A stretch of 64,000 bases of DNA from Octopus vulgaris (GCA_951406725.2 OX597814.1:136524001-136588000), one strand, 5' to 3'; shown: positions 25,662-38,890, numbered from the stretch's first letter. A program made the numbers and translations. Notes: a model not told the origin generated them from the letters alone.

Positions 25662-26242
25662 CTTTTCTACTCTAGGCACAAGGCCTGAAATTTTGAGGAA
25701 GGGAGCCAGTCGATTATATCGACCATAGTAAGCATCTAGTACTTAATTTATCGACCCCGAAAGAATGAAAGGCAAAGTCGACCTCGGCGGAATTTGAACT
25801 GAGAACATAAAAACCGACGAAATACCTATTTCTTTACTGCCCACAAGGGGCTACACAGAGAGAGGACAAACAAGGACAGACAAACGGATTAAGTCGATTA
25901 CATCGACACCAGTGCGTAACTGGTACTTAATTTATCGACCCCGAAAGGATGAAAGGCAAAGTCGACCTGCGCGGAATTTGAACTCAGAACGTATCGGTAG
26001 ATGAAATACCTATTTCTTTACTACCCACAAGGGGCTAAACACAGAGAGGACAAACAAGGACAGACAAACGGATTAAGTCGATTACATCGACACCAGTGCG
26101 TAACTGGTACTTAATTTATCGACCCCGAAAGGATGAAAGGCAAAGTCGACCGCGGCGGAATTTGAACTCAGAACGCAGCGACGGACGAAATACCACAAAA
26201 CATTTCGCCCGGCGTCCAAACGTTTCTGCCAGCTCGCCGCCT
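25662..26242 (-). mobile_element. SINE family B trimer with 17-bp TSD
   Basis: Junctions at 25826/7 and 26010/1 give a 184-bp period. TSD tatc(g/a)catgcataaatt at 25645-25661 and 26243-26259. Confidence 0.85.
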
Positions 26243-26651
26243 TATCACATGCATAAATTGCACTACAAATGTTTATAGATTTTTAGCTAACATTGTGCGT
26301 GAGAGACGAATATAAACGCTTAACTTTTTTTATATAAAACATCTGTCCACGTAGACATTGCATATAAAATAACGTGCTTACATGTCTATACATATATTAT
26401 TGACTAAAATCTATACATGTAATCTATAACATACACAATTTAGCATTTGAAACAAAATACTGTCAACGCCCTAGAAATTATACATACATATACACGTACG
26501 TACATGCAAGCATGCGAACATATATACACACACACATGCGTACATACATACATACATACATACATACATACATACATACATACATACATAATGTATGCTT
26601 GTATGTGTGCTTATATGTGTGTATCTGTTTAAATACATGCTTATGTATAAG

Positions 26652-26691
<40 letters not shown>

Positions 26692-26739
26692 ACATACATA
26701 CATACACACACACACACACAAACACATAAATTTTATCTT

Positions 26740-27185
26740 TCATCGTTTACTTGTTTCAGTCATTAGACTGCGGCCATGCTGGGGCATCACTTTGAAGAAT
26801 TTTTTGTCGAATGTATTGACACCCGTACTTATTTCTTTAAAGTCTGGTGCTTATTCTATCGGCTTCTTTTGCCGAACATCTAAGTTACAAGGACGTAAAC
26901 ACACCAACGCCCGTTGTCAAGCGGCGTAACACACCAACGCAGACACAAAGACACACACAGACACACAGGCACACACACACACACACATACACACACACAC
27001 ACATACACACACACACTCACATATATGACGGGCTTCTTTCAATTTCCGCCTACCTTATCCACTCACAAGGCTTTGGTCTGCCCAGGACTATAGAAGAAGA
27101 TACCTACCCAAGGTGCCACGCAGTGGGACTGAACCTGAAACTATGTGATTGAGAAGCAAGCTTTTTACCACACAGCCACATCTGT
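26740..27185 (-). mobile_element. SINE family A copy
   Basis: Homologous to 1342-1747. Confidence 0.8.
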
Positions 27186-27899
27186 AACGTACGAAGTGTT
27201 ACTAACTGGCACACCGCCGATTTCGATGACGACTGTTTCAGTTGATCCGATCAACGAAACGGCCTGTTCCTGAAATTATCATGCAAGTGGTTGAACACTC
27301 GTCTGACACGCGTAGCCTTAACGTAGCTCTCGGGGTAATTCAGTATGACAAGTGTTGTCCGCCTTACAATGATCAATGTCTCATGCGATGTACATGTCTG
27401 ATCAAGGCCATTGATAGAACACAAAATCTTAAACGGCAATTAAACCTGTCACCCCGCCTCTCTCTCTCTCTCCCTCTTTCTCTCTTTCTCTCTCTCTCTC
27501 TTTCTCACACACACACACACACAATCACCATAAATTGTTATAGAATATAAAAATATTTTAATAGAAATCGCATGAAATACCAACAACCAGCATGCGGTTT
27601 CTGCTCCTGCGGTATCCACGTTCTTTATGTTTTGTTCTGCCACAGCTAATAGTCTGCTCCCTGTTTTCTTGGTTTTATATAGGAGCTCATTTCAATATAT
27701 TTTCTCGTTTTGTTTTTATTTTGTTTTAAGCTTTTTGCTTATGTCAGTCATTAGACTGCAGCCATGCTGGGCCACCACAATGAAGGATTTAGTGAAACAA
27801 ATCGCGCACCAGTACTTATTCTATCGGTTTTCTGCTAAACCGCTAAGTTACAACGACATAAACAAACCAACACACACACATGTATTCTTTTTTAAAATT

Positions 27900-28278
27900 C
27901 TATTTATTTGTTTCAGTCATTTGACTGCGCCCATGCTGGAACACTGTCTTTAGTCAAACAAATCGCTCCCAGGACTTATTCTTTGTAAGCCCAGTACTTA
28001 TACTATCAGTCGCTTTTGCCGAAGCGCTATGCTACGGGGACGTAAACACGCCAACATCGTTTGTCAAACGATGGTAGAGGGACAAGCACAGACACACAAA
28101 CATACACACACACATATACATACGACGGGCTTCTTTCAGTTTACGTCTACCAAATCCACTCACAAGGCTTTGTCGGCTCGAGGCTCTAGTAGAAGACACT
28201 TGCCCAAGGTGCCACGCAGTGGGACTGAACCCGGAACCATGTGGTTGGTAAGCAAGCTACTTATCACACAACCACGCC
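27900..28278 (-). mobile_element. SINE family A copy (fragments also at 27745-27870 and 28575-28735)
   Basis: Homologous to 1342-1747. Confidence 0.85.
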
Positions 28279-28375
<97 letters not shown>

Positions 28376-28387
28376 GTATGTATATAT

Positions 28388-28570
28388 AAAGTTGGAATTT
28401 ACAGAAAAACAGAAGACGAAGACAGGTGTATAAACAACAAACAGGTGTATTAGTTTGATGCTCGGGAAAGTGAGAAAGTCTTTTATGTTTCGAGCCTACG
28501 CTCTTCAACAGAAAGGAACACGAGGAAATAAACAGAGAGGGAAAAAAAACTTGTGGATTTAGCGATCAGT
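28388..28570 (-). mobile_element. Short Penelope-like repeat with hammerhead-like motif at 28480-28515
   Basis: Minus strand reads cttt-CTGTTGA-a-GAGC-gtag-GCTC-GAAA-caTA-aaag. A related copy lies on the plus strand at ~44940-45090. Confidence 0.5.
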
Positions 28571-29091
28571 CGAGCTTCTTCATAGTTTCTGTCAAGCAAT
28601 TTCGCTCACAGGCCGTTGGGCGACCTCAGGCTATGGTAGAAGGCACCTAGCCAAAGTATCACGTAGTGGGACTGAACCCGACACCACGTAGTTACAAAGC
28701 GAGCTTCTAACCCACACAGCTAATACCTGCGCCTGTAGACATGCCAATTTATAAACACCAAGCCTTTTTCTCTGCTTTCTTTTTCCATCACCACCACTAC
28801 AGCTACCCCCTCCGCCATCGCCGATGTATAAGTCTGGCATGTCTCAACTCATTGCATTCCACTTTTAACTAAGTCCATAAGTTTGTGTTTCATTCTCTTC
28901 TTACCAGTCCGCTGTATGAACGCAACGACGTGTCACATCCACACCTCAGTTAAACATAGTTTACAATACGCTTTTTTTCAGAGCTTCACTTGTGTAAAAC
29001 ACTTGTCTCCACGAGACAGCGAGGGAGCCTCTATGCATTTGCTCGACCATCTAGAAATAACTACCAAATACCCACCTCCTTTCTCAGTTTG

Positions 29092-29128
<37 letters not shown>

Positions 29129-29189
29129 CCAGCGAGAAAACTTCCACGTATTTATCCGACATGCTAGAAATAGCAACAAAATTCATGTC

Positions 29190-29296
<107 letters not shown>

Positions 29297-29599
29297 GTTT
29301 CTCTCTCTCCCCCCTTTCTTTCTGTCTCCACTTTAACTTCTTTAAAGTAAATAAAGAAACGAGCTTAGGATAATAGTAATCAAGAGACATTATATTTGAA
29401 AAATGAATAATTAAATAAATAAGATGGGGTGGTCGCAGCTGGCAAGCAGTAGGTCATGTGTCTGCTCTTTCGGAGATTACATGAAGCAAAACGACTTCAA
29501 CCATTACTACCACCACCACCACCACCACCACCACGAGCGACCACTACCAGCAACAACATCTTTATTCCCACCAACATTTCCCTTCAGAACACCAATTTC

Positions 29600-29990
29600 T
29601 TAAAAACTCAGAATATCAAACGTTTGTAGAGAGGCAGTGGTTGTTGTTGTTGGTGGTGGTGGTGATGGTGGTGGCAACGACGGCGGCAGCGGTGGTGGCG
29701 GCGGCAGTGGCGGTGACAGCGGTGTCGGATGGTGTTAGTTGTGGTGGTGGTGGTGGTGGTGGTGGTGGTGATGACGACTGTGATTTTGGTGGTGATAGTG
29801 ACTGTTATGATAACGAGGATGGTGGAAGTGATTGTTATTGTGATGATGTTGATGGTGGTGATTGCGATGATGATGATGGTGGAGGTGTTAATTGTGATGA
29901 TGGTTATGTGGTGGTTGTGGTTGTTGTTTTGCTGGTAATTATGTTTGTGATGACGGCGATGATGGCAATGTTCTTGATTGTGATGTCGAC
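29600..29990. repeat. Compound GGT/GAT trinucleotide microsatellite tract
   Basis: Visible directly in the sequence. Confidence 0.9.
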
Positions 29991-30239
29991 TGAAACCGTA
30001 AAAACAGAGCAATTACTCCGAGCAGATTTTCAATAGCAAGTTACGAACCCAGGTCGTCGCCACAACAGACTTATCTCTATCGCCATTCGTTGTCGATATG
30101 TTAATAGCACAACACGTTGTTAGTTCAGCACAAAAGCAAGCCTCAACGGCTTAGCTAAAGAAAAACTGCTGAGCGGAAGGAACGACCAAGACTTTAGCGG
30201 AAGTGTTATGTTTCTGGACTATACGGATGTGACTACGTG

Positions 30240-30545
30240 GAGATACGTGGCTTATCGGTTATGGTATTGGGTTGACGATCATAAGGTCGTGTGTTCGATT
30301 CCCGGTAACGCGTTGTGTTCTTGAAGAAGATACATTATTTTAAGTTGCTTCAGTCAACTCAGCTGGTGAAAATGAATTGTAGTTATTATTGAAAGGGCCA
30401 GCTTTCTCACATTCTGAGAACTAAGTTAAGGGATACGCGTGTCTGTGGAGTGCTCGGCCACTTGTGCATTAATTTCATGAACAGGCTGTTGCGATGATCC
30501 GAACAACCCGGAATATTCGTCGTCGTAACCGACATTATACCAGGC
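30240..30545 (+). mobile_element. tRNA-derived SINE family C
   Basis: A-box gtggcttatcggtt, B-box gttcgattccc, CORE-like segment. Its tail recurs in reverse at 27200-27350, and related heads occur at 51455-51690 (+) and 51800-51940 (-). Confidence 0.65.
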
Positions 30546-30716
30546 GTATGCCTACATTCTGTTATTCTGTCATTCTTTTACTGGCTTCAGTCACTGGACT
30601 CTAGCCATGCTATAAGCATCACATTTTTTCATCATAACAATGCTCCTTGACATTGGTGATTATTAATGCTGATATGCTGAACGCAAGCCGAACACTGATA
30701 CACAAATATGAGCATA

Positions 30717-31250
30717 CAGGGTGTCCATAAAGGCATGGTGCAATTTAAAATACTTATATCTTCGTAACTATACATGATAGAATTAATCTGTAAAAAAGAT
30801 GAGAAAGAAGAATGACCTCAATTTTTTAATCATCTTGTTAATTTTTAACATCTCCACCATCATTACTAATAAAAAGAGAAATACGATTCTGTAGTTCTCG
30901 GAAAGCATTTTCCAGCAGATTTCCAATCACACCTTCAATCACATCTGTTATTCTTGATTTCAAGTCTTCTAAAATCGAGGCTTAGTTGTATAAAAAAATA
31001 TTGTTCACATGTCCCCATAAAAAGAAATGCAATGGAGTCAAATCCTGTGAACGTGGAGGCCAAAATAATGGTCCACCTCTTCCAATCCATCTGTTAGAGA
31101 ATTTCTTATTTAGAAACTGCCTAACTTGCAGAGCAAAGTGACAAGGTGACCATCTTATTGACAACCTGTATTCTCTATCAGTTCCTAATTGTCCAAACTT
31201 AGGAATGAAGTAATTTTGTAGCATTACACCATGACTTTATGGATAAACTG
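30717..31250 (-). mobile_element. Tc1/mariner-superfamily (DD41D-like) 3' fragment
   Basis: TA|cagggtgtccataaa terminal repeat. Minus-strand peptide PCHFALQVRQFLNKKFSNRWIGRGGPLFWPPRSQDLTPLHFFLWG. Confidence 0.8.
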
Positions 31251-31338
31251 TATGTGTGTATGTCTGTGCGTGCGCGTTCGCATGCATGTATATATACATA
31301 CATACATACATACATACATACATACATACATACATACA

Positions 31339-31369
<31 letters not shown>

Positions 31370-31914
31370 GCTTACATAGAGAATATACAAGTTTTCGTCA
31401 ACTGACGTTATGTAACAGATATGTATTATGAGTGCTGAATTTAGTTTACCATTAAAAATCTGGCTTGAACTGCAACTGAAAAATGTGATGAGACAGCCTA
31501 TCGAAGGTGGTTAGAAATGTTTTTTTTTTCCTTGAGCGGGGGGATATAGATTAAAACAAAAAATTAAAAAGCAAATCGTTTAAATAGCTGAACAGCTAAG
31601 TTACGGGGACGTAAACACACCAATACTGACTGCCATGCACACAATTCACACACACAAGCAGAAAGTAATACACATTATTAACACATTTTTCCAATACAGA
31701 GATACCCATAATTATACCTGGTATAGGAATATTTTGGGACAGGGGTTTCCGATGGATTTTGCTATTCTTTCTTGCGACATTCTAACCAAATGTCCGTAGT
31801 ACCGGAGAAGTGACATCTCTATGTGACCTCCCCACTGACAACAAGATAACCAAAAAAGATTGTCTTATCTACTCCTCACCCCACAAAAACTCCATTATTT
31901 CTCATCGAGAACAC

Positions 31915-32133
31915 TACAAGAGGTGCTGAAAAGTTCTTGGCTCTGGGTAAAAGAAAATACACGAGGATCAGTAAATTATGATTCTATACAACACATTCTC
32001 TTCTCAGACTCACACACTCATTACAGCAGCCCTTCAGCTTTTTTTAAACTTTGTAAAAGAACTCGGAAGAATGGGCCTCTAACTAGGGCTTTCGCGATAG
32101 CCTTAAAGCCAGGAACTTTTTAGCTTCCACTAT
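31915..32133. mobile_element. Mariner-derived MITE
   Basis: Imperfect TIRs gaggtgctgaaaagttcttggct and agccaggaactttttagcttcc, flanked by TA. Confidence 0.6.
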
Positions 32134-32339
32134 AAATCTTCTCAGTTTCTTGGTAACAGAGCTTTCATTTTATTGAAAAAAATATGAAGAAGTACAACGT
32201 CAGCAAATTAGAAACATATTTCAGAACATTCGTTCGGACATTCATTGAACAATGTGTGATAGATACCAACTCACCACATTACATATTCGTTAGTAACCGC
32301 GCCCCGCTCACTAAACAATCCTTCATATACATATGTATT

Positions 32340-32514
32340 GTGGTAGTGGCGATGGTGGTGATGCTGCTGCTGCTGCTGCTGCTGCTAGTGCTCGTGGTAC
32401 TTGTCGTGGTGGTCGTCGTCCTTGATGGTAATGGTAAACGAGAGCTTATGTCAGAAGTCACAGTGCAGTTAGAGGTGTTCCATGACAAAAGCAAAGGTTG
32501 ACGATATCGTAGTA

Positions 32515-32552
<38 letters not shown>

Positions 32553-32685
32553 AATGATGACGATAGGCAATGTAATGGTGATGGTGTTTGTGATTGTGTT
32601 GATGGTGATGATGAGATGGCGATGGTGATGGTGGTGGCGACGGCGATGATTGCAATAGTAGTGGCGATGGAAATGACTGAGATGA

Positions 32686-32730
<45 letters not shown>

Positions 32731-33180
32731 GTTGTGGTGGTGGTGATGGTGGCGGTGGTGGTGGTATCGGTTGTTATGGTTGTCTGTGATGACGGAGCTG
32801 ATAGTGATTGTAAAGGTGATTGCTAACGCTAACAGATCCAACTGTGACGGTGATGGTACATCAGACATACTCAGTATCATAGCAAAAGCTAGGTACATCG
32901 ACACCGGGTGGACGCGTTGGTAGTAACGGTTTTGGTGTTATTGATAGCGGCGTTGTTGTAATTGTTGTTGCTGGTGGTGGTGGTGGTGGCTGGTTGGTTT
33001 GGTGTGGGTGGTTTTAATGGATGTGATGGCATTGCATACGTAATGACGTTGATTATGGTGATGATGAAGAGAGTGCCAGTGGCGATAAGGGTGGTGATTA
33101 TAATGATCGTGGCGATGATAATCGTGACGATGATAATCGTGACGATGATAATCGTGACGATGATGATGATGATGATGATA

Positions 33181-33216
<36 letters not shown>

Positions 33217-33217
33217 T

Positions 33218-33255
<38 letters not shown>

Positions 33256-33651
33256 CTGTTGATGATGATGTTGATGATGATGATGATGATGATGATGAAA
33301 GCACTGCTGCTGCAGCTGATGATGATGGCAGGGATGATGACGACGACGACGACGACAACGACGACGACAACGATGATGATGATGATGACGATCATGATGT
33401 TGATGATGATCATGATGACAGTAACACATCGATCATTAAAGAAAGGATAGATAAGTCCTAACCGAATATAAACGGCTCGTCTATAAGCGTGTGTAAGTGT
33501 GTACGTATTTGTGTGAGTGTATGTGTGTGTGTACGTATAAGCGTCTGGTAGATTGCGTGTGTGCGTGTCTTGTATGTACATTCGTGTGTGTGTTTGTGTG
33601 TGTGCTCGCGTGCGTTTGTATGTACGTGCATATGTGTGTGTGTATATATAT

Positions 33652-33706
<55 letters not shown>

Positions 33707-34365
33707 TATATGTACACACACACACATATATATAAATGTCACATTGTACGTGTTTGTACGTGTGAGGGTTTGTGACAAGTGTGTATCTGTGTACGTTTGT
33801 GTGTGTGTGAGAGTGTGTGTGTGTGTGTATGCGTGTGTGTGTGTGGGTATGTATGCGTTATTGATTTCCTTGGTGTTATATTTCGCTACTGCTACACTGC
33901 TTCTTGTTGCCAGGCCTCCACTGTGACAGCGCTGTTGTTGTTGTTATTGTTGTTGCCGGTGCCAGCGGTGGTCATGGTGGTCATGGTGGTGAGGAGGAAG
34001 GTAGCGGTGACGGCGAAGACTGTGATGGTAGCGGCGGCGGCGACGGTGGTGGTGGTCATGGTGGTGGTGGTCATTGTGGTGATCGCGGTCGTGGTGGTGG
34101 TCTTTATGGTGGTGCTGCTGCCGCGGCTGCTACTGCCGATTTGTTGCTGCTGCTGCTGTTGCTGATGATGATGATGTTCATCATCATCGCCCTCATCATG
34201 ATGAGCACGATGACCATGGTAGGTTAGATTCTAAGTAACGTTGATAATCGTGGTGGTGGCAGTAGTGGCACTGGTGGTCGCTGTTTCGGTTCTAGTATCA
34301 CTTAATAATAACGCTGTTGCTGTCGATGGGGATGATTGCAGTGGACTTGCTTCTGCTGTCGCGAC

Positions 34366-34406
<41 letters not shown>

Positions 34407-34728
34407 ATGATTATGATGGTGGTAGTCGTCGTCGTCGTCGTGATGACGATGATGACGATGACGGCGGTCAACTGAAGTTTGCGTGGTAGTGGAGTTCATA
34501 ACATTCGTGTGGTGGTGATGATGCTGGTGCTGGTGGCGGTGGCAGTGGTGATGGTAGTGGTGGTGGTGGTATTGGCAATGCTGGTGGTGGTGGTGGTGGT
34601 GGTAGTATTGGCGATGCTGGTGGTGATGGTGACGGTACGCTCACTTTGTACTAGAGTTCACATTACCGGTGGTAGTTTAGTGGTGGTGGTCGCAATAGCG
34701 GGCCACCCCGCCTCCACCACTACCAACT

Positions 34729-34771
<43 letters not shown>

Positions 34772-34862
34772 AGGTGTCCTTATCAGTGCTGGTGCTAATT
34801 ATTCTATTCGAACATATGTAGTAGAGGCGGTGGTGGTAGTGGTAGTGATGGTAGTGGTATTA

Positions 34863-34918
<56 letters not shown>
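32340..34918. repeat. Very long compound microsatellite tract (GAT, GGT, GCT, ACT, ATT, TG, TA)
   Basis: Visible directly; it is the source of the poly-H/I/M/S ORFs. Confidence 0.9.
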
Positions 34919-35473
34919 GAGTGAGAGAGCAGTGCGTGCCATCAAAGTGACATTGGGGTAAAATATACGAAACCTAGTATACCCGTCATGACCACCCGTC
35001 TGATAAGGGTACACTAGGCACATGCATCACAACCATATGTGCGCGACACGGTTATCTCATATCAAGATAAACAGCACATGACCTTGCAGGGGGGAGGGCC
35101 AGTTAGAATTTTCTTCTGGTCAAGTAACCCATCCCTGAAGGTCCCTGAATAAAGGTTGTTTAAGTATATTGAACGAAACACCCATGTTTCCAGAGGTGAA
35201 TTATTCAAACCCCAAAGAATCCCTCTCAACACATGGCTATGAAGCCCCCGCCCACCTACTTCTGCTCGTGATCAGAGATGCACATATCGTCAGCCACTAA
35301 GGGACATGCTCAACTGGTTAAGGTCAAACAACTGACAAGCAAATCTGTGATATTGAGCGGGATATTTGCTGTAGCCCATCTTTTATACCAAGACAAAACA
35401 ATGTACATGATAACACTTCCAATCAATTAAGATCAGAAGCCATGAGAGCCACTGCCTGGTACTGCATCAGGGC
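34919..35473 (-). mobile_element. ~555-bp non-coding element embedded in (TAA)n, copy 1
   Basis: Near-identical to 35603-36152, with (ATT)n on both sides. Orientation is inferred. Confidence 0.75.
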
Positions 35474-35489
35474 ATTATTATTATTATTA

Positions 35490-35583
<94 letters not shown>

Positions 35584-35602
35584 CGTTCTTCTTATTATTA
35601 TT

Positions 35603-36152
35603 GAGTGAGCGAGCAGAGCATGCCATCAAAGTGACACTGGGGTAAAATATACGAAGCCCAGTATACCCATCATGACTACCCGTCCGATAAGGGCACACCA
35701 GGCACATGCATCACAACCATATGTGCGCGACATGGTGATCTCATATCAAGATAAACAGCACATGACCTTGCAGGTGGGGCCCAGTTAGAATTTTCTTCTG
35801 GTCAAGTAACCCATCCCTGAAGGTCCCTGAATAAGGGTTGTTTAAGTATATTGAACGAAACACCGATGTTTCCAGAGGTGAATTATTCAAACCCCAAAGA
35901 ATCCCTCTCAACACATGGCTATGATGCTCCCCCACTACTTCTGCTCGTGATCAGAGATGCACATATCGTCAGCCACTAAGGGACATGCTCAACTGGTTAA
36001 GGTCAAACAACTGACAAGCAAATCTGTGGTATTGAGCAGAATATTTGCTGTAGCCCATCTTTTATACCAAGACAAAACAATGTACATGATAACACCTCCA
36101 ATCAGTTAAGATCAGAAGCCATGAGAGCCACTGCCTGGTACTGCATCAGAGC
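35603..36152 (-). mobile_element. ~550-bp non-coding element embedded in (TAA)n, copy 2
   Basis: Near-identical to 34919-35473. Confidence 0.75.
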
Positions 36153-36153
36153 A

Positions 36154-36229
<76 letters not shown>

Positions 36230-36239
36230 TAGACGACGA

Positions 36240-36505
36240 TTTAGTGGAATCGTTAGCAGGCCGGACAAAATGCTTAGCGGCATTTCGCCCAACTTCACCT
36301 TCTAAGTTCAATTTCTCCCGAAGTCGACTTTGCCTTTCATCCTTTCGGGATCGATGAAATAAGTGCTAGTGGCATACTGGCGTCGATGTAATCGATAATT
36401 TAAGCCCCAGTGGAGCAAAGCACTGTGGTCCCAGTCTGGCGCTATGTAATCGACTAACTTCCTCCAAATTTCAGGCCTTGTGCCTTCTGTAGAAAAGATT
36501 ATAAT
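36240..36505 (+). mobile_element. SINE family B with tail type 2
   Basis: Central domain gtcgactttgcctttcatcctttcggg and tail aaatttcaggccttgtgcc...gtagaaaagatt. Confidence 0.75.
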
Positions 36506-36510
36506 TTTAT

Positions 36511-36546
<36 letters not shown>

Positions 36547-36566
36547 CACACACACACACACACACA

Positions 36567-38528
36567 TCAGCTCCACATCAGCTCCTTTGCTTTCCAAGGA
36601 GTCTTCTACTCTATTTAGTAAATCAACAAAAATCACAGGTCGCTGGATCGAACACTTCTCCGAACTCATAAACCATGAGTCACTTGTGGATACAGTGATT
36701 GATACTATGCAACAAAGACCCATCATTGGCCCCTTAAATTCCACGTCCTCAGTAAATGAGGTAATGACATCAATAAGTAAATTGAATCTTGGTAGGGCAC
36801 CTGGAAGGGATGAAATTTGTGCTGAGGTCTTGCGATTTGGTGGTAATTACATCATACAGTCCCTTCAAGAACTTATTAGTGCAGTCTGGAGGGATGGTGC
36901 AATGCCCAAGAACTGGAAGCGTACAATTATTCCTCCTCTCTATAAAGGAAAAGGATCCAGAACAATGTGTGGCAACAAGTTTGCTTTACTATCAGTTGCT
37001 TTATTATCAGCTTTACTATCAGTTGCTGACAAGGCTCTGGCAAATATTCTTCTTACCCGCCTGAATGGATGTCTCGTAAATGATGTCCTATCTGAATCTC
37101 AATGTGGCTTCCGATCTGGTAGAAGAACAATGGATATGATTTTCACAGCAAAACAGATGCAGGAGAAGTGCTATGAGCAGAATATGGGCCTTGACTGGGT
37201 ATTCACTGATTTAACGAAGGCCTTTGATATTGTGAATATGGCATTGCTATGGAAAATACTTGGTAAACTTGGATGTCCGGATCACGTTGTATCTATAATT
37301 AAATCATTTTATGATGGAATGAAGGCTTGGGTCAATGTTGATGGTGGCATAGCGGGATCCATTCCTGTAGAGAATGGTATCAAGCAGGTTGACATCCTTG
37401 CCCCACCTCTCTTTTCTTTGTACTTTGCTGCTGCTTTTACTCATGCTTTTGCTAAGGTTAGCTCTCTGGGAATATATGTCAGGTATCGATCTTCTGGCCA
37501 CCTCTTTAATCTGCGCCGATTTGCTGCCAATTCAAAAGTTTTCCAGTCTCTTATTCGTGACCTCCTTCATGCAGATGACTTTGACTTAGTCACTCACACT
37601 GTAGATGACATGCAAATACTTATGAATCGTATTTCTGCACCTTGCAAGGCATTTGGACTCAGCATTAGCCTGGACAAGACTGTTCCAGCCTGCACCAGGA
37701 AATCCATATGTGGATCAACTCCAAAAGTGTTAGACAAGTTTGTCTAACTGAACAGCACACTAAGCCGTTCATGCTCCCTGGATGATGAAATATCTTTCAG
37801 GCTGCAGAGAGCAGCTGATTCCTTCCTGTCTCTTCAGTATCGTGTCTAGCCCAGCATGGCATCACTAAGCAAACAAAAATTGCTATGTACCATGAAGTGT
37901 ACTGACATCGCTCCTTTACTCATGTAAGACATGGACCCTTTATAAACGTCATGTAAGGGTCCTTGAACGCTTTCATCAGAGATGTCTCAGACACATTCTG
38001 AATGTTGGCTGTACCTTAAAAACTCCAGGCACGCAGGTCCTGAGGACAGTTGATATCTTGAGTATTGAGGTGATGGTGTACAAGCACCGGTTGCGTTGGA
38101 CTGGACACCTTATTAGAATGAAGGATAGCAGGATCCCTAAGCAGATGCTACATGGGAAACTTGTGAATGGAAAGAGACCTTGGCAGAAACCAAGACTGCG
38201 ATTTAAGGACTGTGTCAAGTACTCATTAAAGGCCTGTGATATGCAGGAGAGTGACTGGAAGAGCAATGGCTGTCATTGACACATATGGAGGAAGCAGGTT
38301 GAGAGAGCACGTATTCTGCATGAAGAACTTAAGCGTGCTGCTCAAAATCACACTGCTGGTGTATTGAATGGGGAAAGCTTGGTTTACAATGTTTGCAGCC
38401 GTGTATGCTTGTCAAGAGCAGAGTTTATTAGCCACCTACGGAGTCGAAAATGTAAAATATACTCCTAGAGCGCACAATGTTCCTGATGGTCAGCAATGGT
38501 CTTCCTCGGTCACGATTGGACAGCCATA

Positions 38529-38530
<2 letters not shown>
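36567..38530 (+). mobile_element. 5'-truncated RTE-clade LINE
   Basis: RT ORF 36587-37747 (ESQCGFRSGRRTMDMIFT, FTDLTKAFD, LLHADD), HRLRWTGHLIRM...RIPKQ at 38058-38279, and a C-terminal C2H2 relic at ~38390-38445. Confidence 0.9.
36587..37747 (+). pseudogene. RTE reverse transcriptase (386-aa open frame, degenerate)
   Basis: RT motifs are present. YADD is altered to HADD, there is an in-frame ALLSV duplication, and downstream stops and frameshifts follow. Confidence 0.88.
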
Positions 38531-38584
<54 letters not shown>

Positions 38585-38749
38585 TCAAACATATATATAA
38601 TAAATAAAAAAAAAACAAGAACAAACACAGGAAAAAAACAACGCGCGGATGTGGTATATGCAAAGTATTAGCAACATATACAGAAAGAAAGAGAAAGAGA
38701 AAGAGAGAGAGAAACCACCAGCACATAGTCTCCGTATTAATTATTTAGA

Positions 38750-38890
<141 letters not shown>

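Noticed and set aside
25662-26242. Regularly spaced repeats resembling a CRISPR array
   Set aside because: The units are 184-bp SINE copies without unique spacers, the context is eukaryotic, and there are no cas genes.
30240-30320. tRNA-like A and B boxes as a tRNA gene
   Set aside because: No cloverleaf, and the sequence continues into a SINE body.
32458-34499. Long poly-His/Ile/Met/Ser/Val ORFs (up to 278 aa)
   Set aside because: They are translations of trinucleotide microsatellites, open in several frames on both strands, with no domain content.
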